Below, piece by piece: positions 15,666 to 23,769 of a DNA stretch of 24,755 nucleotides; within the stretch, counting starts at the first letter, position 1; every line of letters starts with the position of its first letter. The position numbers and the translations under genes were made by a program. Source of the stretch: a virus (taxonomy: Duplodnaviria; Caudoviricetes); the IMG/VR virus record IMGVR_UViG_3300031654_000090, positions 1 to 24,755 of that record; one strand, written 5' to 3'. The notes beneath the pieces were generated by a model, which searched no databases, was not told the DNA's origin, and worked only from the letters and a program-made list of their open reading frames with translations.

Positions 15666-16055
15666 ATGTGCGATAAAAACATAAAAAAGAAAAAAAGGAG
15701 AGGTTCAAAAGAAACTCTAAGTCAGCTATTAGATTATCTAATAAAAGATGATAGGCTTAGTGCTTATATGTTAACTCAAAAGACATGGCGGCATAATAAC
15801 GACTTTGCTCAGTTTGAGTCTTTAATACCGCATAAGCTATTGTCCTACGAGATAGTTGACGCTTATTTCATAAGCCTGAATTCCAAGGATTATGATGTAA
15901 AAATGAAGTATATGAATGTAATAACTAAAAACATAAAAGAAGCAAATATTAAGGCACGGTTGATACGGGAAGCGTCACCTTATACACCATGCATAAATGG
16001 AGAGTGGGGCGTTAATCCTATTTCAATGATTAAACAGGTTGAAGAGGGTAAATAG
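15666..16055 (+). CDS. Hypothetical protein between portal and MuF
   Basis: 129-aa ORF with tight spacing; basic N-terminus; C-terminal SPYTPCINGEWGVNP. Confidence 0.65.
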   Translation: MCDKNIKKKKRRGSKETLSQLLDYLIKDDRLSAYMLTQKTWRHNNDFAQFESLIPHKLLSYEIVDAYFISLNSKDYDVKMKYMNVITKNIKEANIKARLIREASPYTPCINGEWGVNPISMIKQVEEGK

Positions 16056-16063
16056 GTTGGATA

Positions 16064-17758
16064 ATGGATTTTTCAAAGGATTTTGAAAAGCTACATTTAC
16101 AAAATATTGCTTTTGGGGATAAGCAGGTCACAAAAATAATTCATCAGGTAAGTATAGAGCTTGCCAAGGAAATACAGAAGTGGTCACTTGTAGCTGGCGA
16201 CTCTTTCTCAATACAGAATTACAAACCTTTAAAGAACAAGATAAACAGGATAATAGGAGAAATGAACTCGGACCTGAGCCTTTTAACTACGTCACAGATG
16301 ACTAAGGCCTGGGCATTATCAAACAGGAAAAACGACTACCTTGCTAATCAGTACCTTGCAAATATCGGGATGACAGAAGGTATTAAGCAGACCTTTTTTC
16401 AGATCAATTCAACGGCACTTGACGCCTTTATTAACCGCACAGAGAACGCCTTTACAATAAGTGACCGTATATGGAGAAGTACAGCCGGCATAAAAGATGA
16501 GCTTGAAACATACGTAGGTCACGGGATAGCCACCGGTAAAAGTGCTCAAACGATAACAAAGGACGTGAGAGGGCTTTTAAAAGAACCCGATAAAGTTTTC
16601 AGGCGGGTAAGAGATAAGAACGGTAACCTTGTATTAAGTAAACCAGCGAAGGCATACAGGCCGGTAAAGGGCGTCTATCGCTCTTCATATAAGAACGCCT
16701 TACGATTAACACGTACTGAAACAAACATGGCATACAGGCTGAGTGATGCAGCAAGGCGTAAGCAGCTACCCTTTGTCACCGGCATAACCGTTCATCTGTC
16801 TGCAGCACACTCTCAGATAGATATATGTGACGAAATGCAAGGTAAATACCCTAAAGGTTTTCAGTTTTCCGGCTGGCATCCTAACTGTTTCTGCTACTCT
16901 ACCGCAGACCTTTTGCCAAAGGAAAAGTTTATCGAAATGTTGGACGGTAAACCGGCTCCAATTAAATATTATCGCATGGGAGCTCCAAAGAGAGCTTTAA
17001 CCTATCTAGCAAACGTAGTGGCAAAGAGTCCGAAAAGCCATTACTTTACTCAGGCCGAAGGCACGTTTAATGCTTCACTTACCGGCATGGCAGAAGGCGT
17101 AGAGCCTACGCTTGTAAACCTTAAACTACCTAAAGCAGCAAAGCCAAAGGTATTAAAGCCTGATTACGACATTTATGATGACTATGAAACAGCGAACGAC
17201 GCTGTATATGACTGGTCTTATGATAAAGCCCCTCAAGCTGTTTTAGATAGTGTGAGTCGTTACACCGGAAGTCATTATAGTGATATTAACGACTTACTTA
17301 GAATACCTAACTGGACAGTAGGAAGGTCAGAAGTACGTATTCAACAGGTAAAAAAGCATGTTGATAATATAAAGCTAATGTATAAAGACGCTCCCAGGTA
17401 CAAAGGGACAGTATATAGAGGTATGACATGGTTCGATGAAACAAGTAAGGGAGCTAAAGCATTACTACCAAATTTGAAAAAGGGTAATATTATAACTGAT
17501 CCCGGATTTATGTCAACCACAACCAGAGAGGGAATAGCTAAAGGGTTTGCAGACTGGGACAGGTCAACAGGTGCACGGAAATTAAGAGTCGTGTTTGAAA
17601 TAGATACTGAAAACGGCGTTCCAATACGTAACCTGTCACAGATTAGCAGCGAAGATGAAATATTATTAAATTGTGGTAGCTCATTTATCATAAAAGACAT
17701 TGACGAAAAAGTGGAATCCGGGATAAAAAAAATAACTGTAAAACTAAAGGAACTATAA
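16064..17758 (+). CDS. MuF (SPP1 gp7-like) minor head protein fused to a C-terminal ADP-ribosyltransferase domain
   Basis: MuF: RLTRTETNMAY, DICD, WHPNCFC; ART: YTG..Y..IN..LR (17261), VYRG (17411), GFMSTT (17504), EDEILL (17651). Confidence 0.9.
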   Translation: MDFSKDFEKLHLQNIAFGDKQVTKIIHQVSIELAKEIQKWSLVAGDSFSIQNYKPLKNKINRIIGEMNSDLSLLTTSQMTKAWALSNRKNDYLANQYLANIGMTEGIKQTFFQINSTALDAFINRTENAFTISDRIWRSTAGIKDELETYVGHGIATGKSAQTITKDVRGLLKEPDKVFRRVRDKNGNLVLSKPAKAYRPVKGVYRSSYKNALRLTRTETNMAYRLSDAARRKQLPFVTGITVHLSAAHSQIDICDEMQGKYPKGFQFSGWHPNCFCYSTADLLPKEKFIEMLDGKPAPIKYYRMGAPKRALTYLANVVAKSPKSHYFTQAEGTFNASLTGMAEGVEPTLVNLKLPKAAKPKVLKPDYDIYDDYETANDAVYDWSYDKAPQAVLDSVSRYTGSHYSDINDLLRIPNWTVGRSEVRIQQVKKHVDNIKLMYKDAPRYKGTVYRGMTWFDETSKGAKALLPNLKKGNIITDPGFMSTTTREGIAKGFADWDRSTGARKLRVVFEIDTENGVPIRNLSQISSEDEILLNCGSSFIIKDIDEKVESGIKKITVKLKEL

Positions 17759-17760
17759 TC

Positions 17761-17982
17761 ATGGCATCAAAGACAAGTAAGGAGAGGTTCAAAGAACGTT
17801 TAATAGATCAGGACTCAAACCATTTAGTGTTTCCGCAATGTAACGACTGCAAGCATAACAACCGTGACGGCACATGCAAAGCTTTTCCTGATGGTATTCC
17901 AAAAGACATACTTACAGGTAAGATATTGCATAACAAGCCTTTTGCCGGACAAAAAGGGAAATATATATACGAAAAAGAATAA
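17761..17982 (+). CDS. Small Cys/His protein, candidate immunity partner of the ART
   Basis: 73 aa, 2 nt after the MuF-ART stop; CNDCKH..CKAFPDGIP..H. Confidence 0.7.
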   Translation: MASKTSKERFKERLIDQDSNHLVFPQCNDCKHNNRDGTCKAFPDGIPKDILTGKILHNKPFAGQKGKYIYEKE

Positions 17983-18041
17983 TTTATGTTTTTATGCATT
18001 GTAAACAACTATGCTCTTATGGTAAATAACTCCGGGCCTTT

Positions 18042-18076
18042 TTTGTTGATAAATGATTTGGTCGGATATATTTTAG
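18042..18076 (+). promoter_or_regulatory. Possible late promoter upstream of the Com-like gene
   Basis: TTTGTTG (18042-18048) about 20 nt before TATATTTTAG (18067-18076), a near match to -33/-7. Confidence 0.3.
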
Positions 18077-18109
18077 CACGTGAAAGTATAATGTACAATG
18101 CAATCGGGC

Positions 18110-18250
18110 ATGAGCGAAATAAGGTGTAAAAAATGCGGCAAGCTTCTTTTCAAAGCCAAACAGTACAACCTTATGAATATTGAAATAAAGTGTCCCCGAT
18201 GCAAAACGGTAAACGAAATAAAAAATGAACGAATAAAGATGACGGGTTAG
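18110..18250 (+). CDS. Mu Com-like zinc-finger regulator (46 aa), not in the ORF track
   Basis: MSEIRCKKCGKLLFKAKQYNLMNIEIKCPRCKTVNEIKNERIKMTG: IRCxxCGKLL..IEIKCPRCKxxN is the Com family signature. Confidence 0.88.
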   Translation: MSEIRCKKCGKLLFKAKQYNLMNIEIKCPRCKTVNEIKNERIKMTG

Positions 18251-18311
18251 GTTTTGTATTTTTTTCATAGTTTTTGTTTTAAGGATTAGGAATTAACAGT
18301 ATGAGCAACAT

Positions 18312-18347
18312 GAGTGCCATTCCATAACGGAGTGGCACTCTTTTTTT
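18312..18347 (+). terminator. Strong intrinsic terminator at the entrance to the head-tail genes
   Basis: 12-bp stem GAGTGCCATTCC-ATAAC-GGAGTGGCACTC followed by T7. Confidence 0.85.
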
Positions 18348-18359
18348 AAGTGAATTAAA

Positions 18360-18695
18360 ATGTCAACAAAAGATAAGGCTGAGCCAAAAGTAAACGAAAA
18401 GAAAACAGAATATGCTGACGAAAGCGTGAAGGATATTCAGGCTAAGTCAGACAAAACAGAACGTGCACCGGAAGGTATTAACCTTTCAGGCATGATCGAA
18501 GGCTCAGAAAGCCTTAAAACGGCTGTGAAAAAAGATCAGAAAATAATCGAGATACATTTCCCTAAAGACGCAAACTATAATGACTGGGATTTAAAAACAT
18601 TGTCCGGGGAGATAGTAAGGACTTATAAAAGCACTTACAAACGCTTTACAGTACAGTTCATCTTTTCCAGCCGTACACTAATAACAATAATATAA
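18360..18695 (+). CDS. Hypothetical protein (111 aa)
   Basis: A-rich start context; charged, probably disordered N-terminal half; first gene after the terminator. Confidence 0.65.
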   Translation: MSTKDKAEPKVNEKKTEYADESVKDIQAKSDKTERAPEGINLSGMIEGSESLKTAVKKDQKIIEIHFPKDANYNDWDLKTLSGEIVRTYKSTYKRFTVQFIFSSRTLITII

Positions 18696-18705
18696 AAAGA
18701 CAAAA

Positions 18706-19356
18706 ATGGAAGAACTCATTAAAGCAGAACTTAAAAAGCAAGGGCTGTCAGAGGACTTAGTTTCAAAAATTACAGTTGAGAATGAAAGCGAAATTGAGGC
18801 AGCCGTGAAAGCATTTAAAGAGTCACAGAAAAAGAGCCTCGCTGAATTTCTCAAAGAGAACGGTTATGAAGATGACTTCAACCGTCACATCCAAAGTGAA
18901 ACTGATCGCAGGGTCACTCAAGCTATTAAGACTTACGAAGAAAAACATCCACGGCCAAAACCACCGGAGAACAAAGAAGATGAGAACATGACTGAAGAGC
19001 AAAAAAGGATTAAAGAGCTTACCGAAACGGTTGAGAAGCTTACTAATACAGTAACGCAATTGCAGGACGGAACAAGAGTAAGCTCTTTAAAGACTTTAGC
19101 AACTGAAGCTATTAAAAAAGCTAAGCTTCCTGAGTCATGGGTTGATCGTGTAAACGTGGAAAAGGCTGAAGATATTGAAGGAGTCGTCGAACAATTAACT
19201 GAAGAGTACAATACTATTCAACAGTCAATTATAGACGAAAAACTTGAAAACGGTGGAGTTCTGAAGTCAAGTCCAGGAACAGTTACAGATAAAGAAATAG
19301 ACTCATTTGCTGAGACCTTATCTGAAGAACAGTCTGTTCCAGTTGAGAAAATTTAG
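18706..19356 (+). CDS. Capsid scaffolding protein
   Basis: Highly charged coiled coil with QSETDRRVTQAIKT motif; located before the decoration and capsid genes. Confidence 0.8.
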   Translation: MEELIKAELKKQGLSEDLVSKITVENESEIEAAVKAFKESQKKSLAEFLKENGYEDDFNRHIQSETDRRVTQAIKTYEEKHPRPKPPENKEDENMTEEQKRIKELTETVEKLTNTVTQLQDGTRVSSLKTLATEAIKKAKLPESWVDRVNVEKAEDIEGVVEQLTEEYNTIQQSIIDEKLENGGVLKSSPGTVTDKEIDSFAETLSEEQSVPVEKI

Positions 19357-19384
19357 TTATTAACCCCGAAAAAAAGATTGATAA

Positions 19385-19969
19385 ATGGGATTACAGATTT
19401 CAAGAAGTGAGGGAGTCGATAGTATCAACGTTTTTCAGAAAGTACTTGAAGACGTTGCAGGTGGTGCTGTTATAACAAGTTCAGAACTCCCTTCAGGCGG
19501 TTATATAGAGGCCGGAGCTTTTGTTTATTTCAACCCTTCAACAAGGGTAGCAAAAGTGGTTAAGACCGCAAAACTATACGCCGGTGCAGGAAATACCGAC
19601 GTTGAATATCAAGTACCTAAAGGCCATGCTTTTAAGGTAGGTGATTATATAAGTCATACAGTTGGTGGCACAGCTTACGCCATTACTGAGATTGACGACT
19701 CTAATGACAATTATGACGTGCTGACAGTGGGAACAACCCTGGGGGAGACACTTACTGAAGGTGATGTTCTTTATGAGTCCGGAGCAACAGGTGCTTCAGC
19801 CGGAGCTTATAAATATACGGCTAGCGGCATTCTGAAAAACGGTTTCAAAGTAGCTGCTAACACAGCTATTTCAATTGTTGTACGTGGTACGGTACTGGAA
19901 GGCAACCTGCCTTATGGAGTGACAGATGCAATTAAAACAGCCCTTACCTCAAGGGTTCGCTTTGCATAG
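19385..19969 (+). CDS. Head decoration / head fiber protein
   Basis: Beta-rich G/A/T/V composition, VPKGHAFKVGD insert, VVRGTV..LP C-terminus; lambda gpD position. Confidence 0.72.
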   Translation: MGLQISRSEGVDSINVFQKVLEDVAGGAVITSSELPSGGYIEAGAFVYFNPSTRVAKVVKTAKLYAGAGNTDVEYQVPKGHAFKVGDYISHTVGGTAYAITEIDDSNDNYDVLTVGTTLGETLTEGDVLYESGATGASAGAYKYTASGILKNGFKVAANTAISIVVRGTVLEGNLPYGVTDAIKTALTSRVRFA

Positions 19970-20006
19970 TGGATTAATGTTTAATGAGATAAAAGAATAA
20001 AAGAAG

Positions 20007-21101
20007 ATGGAAAGACAGAGTTTGCTTAAAGAGATAGGTACTAATGCAAAGCTTCAGTATCTTATTGACCGTACAAAAGACAGGTATCGTCCTATTATAT
20101 GGCCGAACTTCTTTGCATGGAAGCCGGTTACAAGTATAACTTATGAAACCTTGATCGGTGAAGCTGGAATAGGTGCAGCCGCTTCAGTTGTTGCATATGA
20201 TTCTGAAGCTCCGCTCAGGACACGCAGGCACGTTAAGAAGCTGACAGGTGAAATACCTTCTCTACGTGAAAAGTTCAGAATGGGAGAAAAAGAGCTTCAG
20301 GATTATATTGCTATGTCAGCCGGCATTAACGGTGACGCTCAGGCAATAATGAAGCTTATATTTGATGACGTTAAACTGGCAGCCGAAGCACCTCATAAAA
20401 GGCTTGACATATTTGCACTTGAAGCCATTTCAACCGGTGAGATTACCCTGAGCACTACAAACAATCCCGATGGTATTGTTACTGAAGAAGCAATAGATTT
20501 TGGTATGCCTTCAGCTAATAAAATCGGAACAACAGGTGCAATATGGTCAGCAGGTGGGTCAACCGCCAAGCCTATATCAGACATAATGGCAATAATGGAA
20601 CTTGCTGAAGCAAACGGACATAAGATTGACAAGATGCTTATGAGAAGGTCAACCTTTAACAACTTCCGTAAAGCCGATGAAGTGAAAGACTACGTTACTG
20701 GTTGGGCAGTTGGCAGAAATACTGCAAAGATTAATGTCAGCCTTCCACTGGTTAATGAGTTCCTGGCAGGTGAAGGGCTACCACAGATCGTTATAATTGA
20801 CGCTTCAATAGGTATTGAAAAAAATGGTGTTATAAGTGCTTACAATCCGTTCGATCAATATAATGTAGCTTTTGTTCCTACCGGTTCACTTGGAGATATG
20901 CTTAATGCTCCGATAGTTGAAAAAACCTTCCCACAGAAGCACGTTCTCTATGCAAATTATAATAACGTGCTGGTTAAGAAGTGGGGTTCAACTGACCCGG
21001 TTAGTGAATTTACAGGTTGTGAGCTTAACGCCTTCCCTTCATGGAAAACGGTTAACGCTTGTTACCTGCTAAACACTAACAATACTACAACCTTTGAATA
21101 G
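20007..21101 (+). CDS. Major capsid protein (lambda gpE-like, HK97 fold)
   Basis: 364 aa; AASVVAYDSEAPLRTR, ALEAISTGEI, IDFGMP and W..AKPISDI motifs. Confidence 0.9.
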   Translation: MERQSLLKEIGTNAKLQYLIDRTKDRYRPIIWPNFFAWKPVTSITYETLIGEAGIGAAASVVAYDSEAPLRTRRHVKKLTGEIPSLREKFRMGEKELQDYIAMSAGINGDAQAIMKLIFDDVKLAAEAPHKRLDIFALEAISTGEITLSTTNNPDGIVTEEAIDFGMPSANKIGTTGAIWSAGGSTAKPISDIMAIMELAEANGHKIDKMLMRRSTFNNFRKADEVKDYVTGWAVGRNTAKINVSLPLVNEFLAGEGLPQIVIIDASIGIEKNGVISAYNPFDQYNVAFVPTGSLGDMLNAPIVEKTFPQKHVLYANYNNVLVKKWGSTDPVSEFTGCELNAFPSWKTVNACYLLNTNNTTTFE

Positions 21102-21133
21102 GATATAGTCAATTAAGATAAAACCCTTGAGCC

Positions 21134-21433
21134 ATGACTATAAAAGAAGCTTTGCAAGGCATGATTACGGTTGAAGTTGATGACTTCCTTATTGAAAAAG
21201 CACTAACGGACGCTGAATTAAGTGGAAACAAAGAGTATAGTGCTGAAGATCGTGAGAATGTAGAGTTATGCTACGCAGAGCTTCTTTTATTCTTAGCAAC
21301 GTCGTCTGACATTTCCGAGGGTAGCCTGAGTATTAAGTACAAGCCTTCACAGCTTTTGGCGATGAGAGATAAGATACTTGTCAGGTGGGGACTTAAAGAG
21401 GGCTCAAATATTACAGGTGTTGAGTTATGGTAA
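21134..21433 (+). CDS. Head-tail adaptor (neck) protein
   Basis: 99 aa immediately after the capsid gene; DISEGSLSIKY motif. Confidence 0.7.
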   Translation: MTIKEALQGMITVEVDDFLIEKALTDAELSGNKEYSAEDRENVELCYAELLLFLATSSDISEGSLSIKYKPSQLLAMRDKILVRWGLKEGSNITGVELW

Positions 21434-21726
21434 AACGTTACCCACATACAGCTACATTCACCCTGCAAGGTAGTACCTCAAAGGTAAACGGACGTACTCA
21501 GGAAGGTACTCAACCGTCTTTTACCCTTAAAGTAAGGTACGAACCTTCCGGGGCTGGTAGTTATGTCACGAACTCTTCAGGTAACATGGTTAAGCTTTCA
21601 GGTGTGCTATACGCTAAAGAGCTACCTCAAAAGGTTACTGAAAACGACGAAGTGACAGTACTGGAAAGGATGTATAAAATACTCCGTGTACATCAGTACC
21701 AGAATAATGTAGCTATATGGGTTTAG
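21427..21726 (+). CDS. Head closure / stopper protein
   Basis: 99 aa, beta-rich, RYPH N-terminus; second neck position. Confidence 0.65.
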   Translation: MVKRYPHTATFTLQGSTSKVNGRTQEGTQPSFTLKVRYEPSGAGSYVTNSSGNMVKLSGVLYAKELPQKVTENDEVTVLERMYKILRVHQYQNNVAIWV

Positions 21727-22136
21727 TTCCTTTATTTAATATTAAAGACATAGATCGAAGCTTCGATAACTTTTACAAAGAGGTTGATAGCAAAGAACTT
21801 GAAGTCTTAAAATATATTGGAGAAGCTTTTGTCAATGAAGCCAGGTCTATGCAGACCTACAAAGACAGGACAGGCAACCTGAGAAGTTCAATAGGATACC
21901 AGATAGCCCATAAGGGCAAAGTAGTATTCGGGGACTTTCAAGGCACACCGGAAGGTCAGCAAGCTGCTAAAGAGGTTGTAAAAGAAGTATTGTCAAAGGA
22001 AAGAACGGGTTTTGTCTTAATAGGTGTGGCAGGAATGAATTATGCTTATTACGTGGAGTCAAAAGGGCTTGATGTTATCACAGGATCGACTCAAAAAGCG
22101 GAAAAGATGATGCAGACAATAGTTAAGAAATTATGA
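21717..22136 (+). CDS. Neck protein, HK97 gp10-like
   Basis: DRTGNLRSSIGY and AGMNYAYYVE motifs. Confidence 0.82.
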   Translation: MGLVPLFNIKDIDRSFDNFYKEVDSKELEVLKYIGEAFVNEARSMQTYKDRTGNLRSSIGYQIAHKGKVVFGDFQGTPEGQQAAKEVVKEVLSKERTGFVLIGVAGMNYAYYVESKGLDVITGSTQKAEKMMQTIVKKL

Positions 22137-22510
22137 CAACCAGTTTTGAAGTAGCCGACAAGTTTTATTCTATTCTGAATGTTTCGTCGTTAACAGACGA
22201 AATACAGATTTATCTTGACCGACGTCCTACTGACCTGCAAGAGGAAAGCGTCACAGTTATTCCGCTTACAAACCAGATCGACAATATTCAGAACGGTTAC
22301 TTAAATATTAATATCCACGCTAAAGATAATTCCGACGGTACACCTGACTCAACAAGACTGCAAGCCTTGACAACCTTAGTTAGAGCAGCCCTTGATGATT
22401 ATGCTTCCGGAGCGACATATTTTGCCTTCCGTGTAACTAATCAGGAGCTATTAAGTGATGAAAGAGGTTGGTCTTATGTTAATCTAAGAATTGAATTTTT
22501 CACAGAATAA
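22133..22510 (+). CDS. Tail terminator/completion protein
   Basis: 125 aa directly before the tail tube gene; acidic, beta-rich; ATGA overlap. Confidence 0.68.
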   Translation: MTTSFEVADKFYSILNVSSLTDEIQIYLDRRPTDLQEESVTVIPLTNQIDNIQNGYLNINIHAKDNSDGTPDSTRLQALTTLVRAALDDYASGATYFAFRVTNQELLSDERGWSYVNLRIEFFTE

Positions 22511-22522
22511 AATGCTAATAAA

Positions 22523-23047
22523 ATGAGTGCAAAAAGTATAGTAGGTATTGAAAAGATTGAAATGGGCGATTGTGGAGCTGACGGTGCAATGGGGCTTACA
22601 TTAGCTGAACATGTACTGATTGAGCGTGACAGCGTTCTTTTAAAGATGGATGAACCGGGAAAGACCGACCTTTATGTTGAAGGTTCCGACAGTCCTTTTC
22701 TGGTGATCCCCGACCCTAACAGGGTAAGGGCTTTGGAATTTGCCTTAAGAGACATGGAAGCTGCAACGCTTGAAAAGCTTTTCGGTGGAACAGTAGCTAC
22801 GGACACATGGTCAGCCCCGGCGAGCGAAGCTCTGATAGAGCAAAGCGTGAAGGTGACTACCAAAGCAGTAACCGGTTATTACAGAGAAATATCTATTCCG
22901 AGAGCTTTGTTACGTGCAAGTATGAACGCTCCGCTTAAATCGAATGAAACAGCAACGGTTAAGGTGGTTTGTGACATACTTACTCCGTTTGATGGTTCAG
23001 GCACAGCCCTGTCACCTATACAGATAGCCAAAGTAGCTGAAAGTTAG
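22523..23047 (+). CDS. Major tail tube protein
   Basis: 174 aa, acidic; GIEKIEMGD, LEKLFGGT and ISIPRA motifs; followed by terminator and chaperone. Confidence 0.8.
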   Translation: MSAKSIVGIEKIEMGDCGADGAMGLTLAEHVLIERDSVLLKMDEPGKTDLYVEGSDSPFLVIPDPNRVRALEFALRDMEAATLEKLFGGTVATDTWSAPASEALIEQSVKVTTKAVTGYYREISIPRALLRASMNAPLKSNETATVKVVCDILTPFDGSGTALSPIQIAKVAES

Positions 23048-23079
23048 GATTTTCTCTAATTATTTCTTTCATATGCCAG

Positions 23080-23111
23080 AGGGGTTAGGGTGTTAATCCT
23101 GCCCCTTTTTT
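23080..23111 (+). terminator. Intrinsic terminator after the tail tube gene
   Basis: AGGGGTTAGGG-TGTTAA-TCCTGCCCCT bulged stem followed by a T run. Confidence 0.65.
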
Positions 23112-23121
23112 CTTCAAGAAT

Positions 23122-23622
23122 ATGGATAAAGCTCAGGAAAAAACAATTAATGCAATACTTCAGGAAGGCGTTGATTTTTATATCACGGTAAACAAACCCG
23201 GCCTTTTACATAAGCTTAAGATCAAGCCCGTCAAAAGGGAGTTTGTAATATACCCTTTAACGCTGGGTACACTACTTAAAATATCAAAGATAGTAGCCGG
23301 CATTAAGCCTGTAAAGGAGGATGAACTAAAGTCACGGGAACGCTCATATCTTGATATTGGAGCAGAAGCGATAGTAGCAAATAAAGACGACCTGATAAAT
23401 ATACTTGCCATAGCAATAGTTAATCGTAAAAAAGAACCTTCAAGGGAACTTGTCAGATTTCTTGCTGATAATGTTACGCCAAATGAACTGTTTGAGCTGC
23501 TTAAGATCGTTATCCGGCAAATGAACGTCATGGATTTTATGAACTCTATCATCTCAGTCAAAGGGATGAGCCTAAGCAAAGCAGGGGGGATAATAGCCCC
23601 TGGCGATTCATCGGAAGCATAG
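23122..23622 (+). CDS. Tail assembly chaperone (gpG-like)
   Basis: Between tail tube and tape measure genes; IYPLTLGTL motif; overlapping -1 frame extension. Confidence 0.8.
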   Translation: MDKAQEKTINAILQEGVDFYITVNKPGLLHKLKIKPVKREFVIYPLTLGTLLKISKIVAGIKPVKEDELKSRERSYLDIGAEAIVANKDDLINILAIAIVNRKKEPSRELVRFLADNVTPNELFELLKIVIRQMNVMDFMNSIISVKGMSLSKAGGIIAPGDSSEA

Positions 23623-23768
23623 TAAAACACTTCAGGTTTACTATTGATGAAATACTCTGGCAGATAAGCTTTCAGAACTTGATGCTTTACACGATGTCAA
23701 TACCGAGCTATAAAAAAGGCGATAAGGTTGAAGAATTATCACATGACGAACTAGATAATTTAATATGA
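23589..23768 (+). CDS. Frameshift extension of the tail chaperone (gpT-like), not in the ORF track
   Basis: -1 frame open 23505-23768, reading DNSPWRFIGSIVKHFRFTIDEILWQISFQNLMLYTMSIPSY...; G6 run at 23584-23589; stop lies 1 nt before the tape measure ATG. Confidence 0.75.
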   Translation, partial: DNSPWRFIGSIVKHFRFTIDEILWQISFQNLMLYTMSIPSYKKGDKVEELSHDELDNLI

Positions 23769-23769
23769 G

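Noticed and set aside
18087-18092. TATAAT as a sigma70 -10 box
   Set aside because: No matching -35, and the host appears to use the Bacteroidota -33/-7 consensus.
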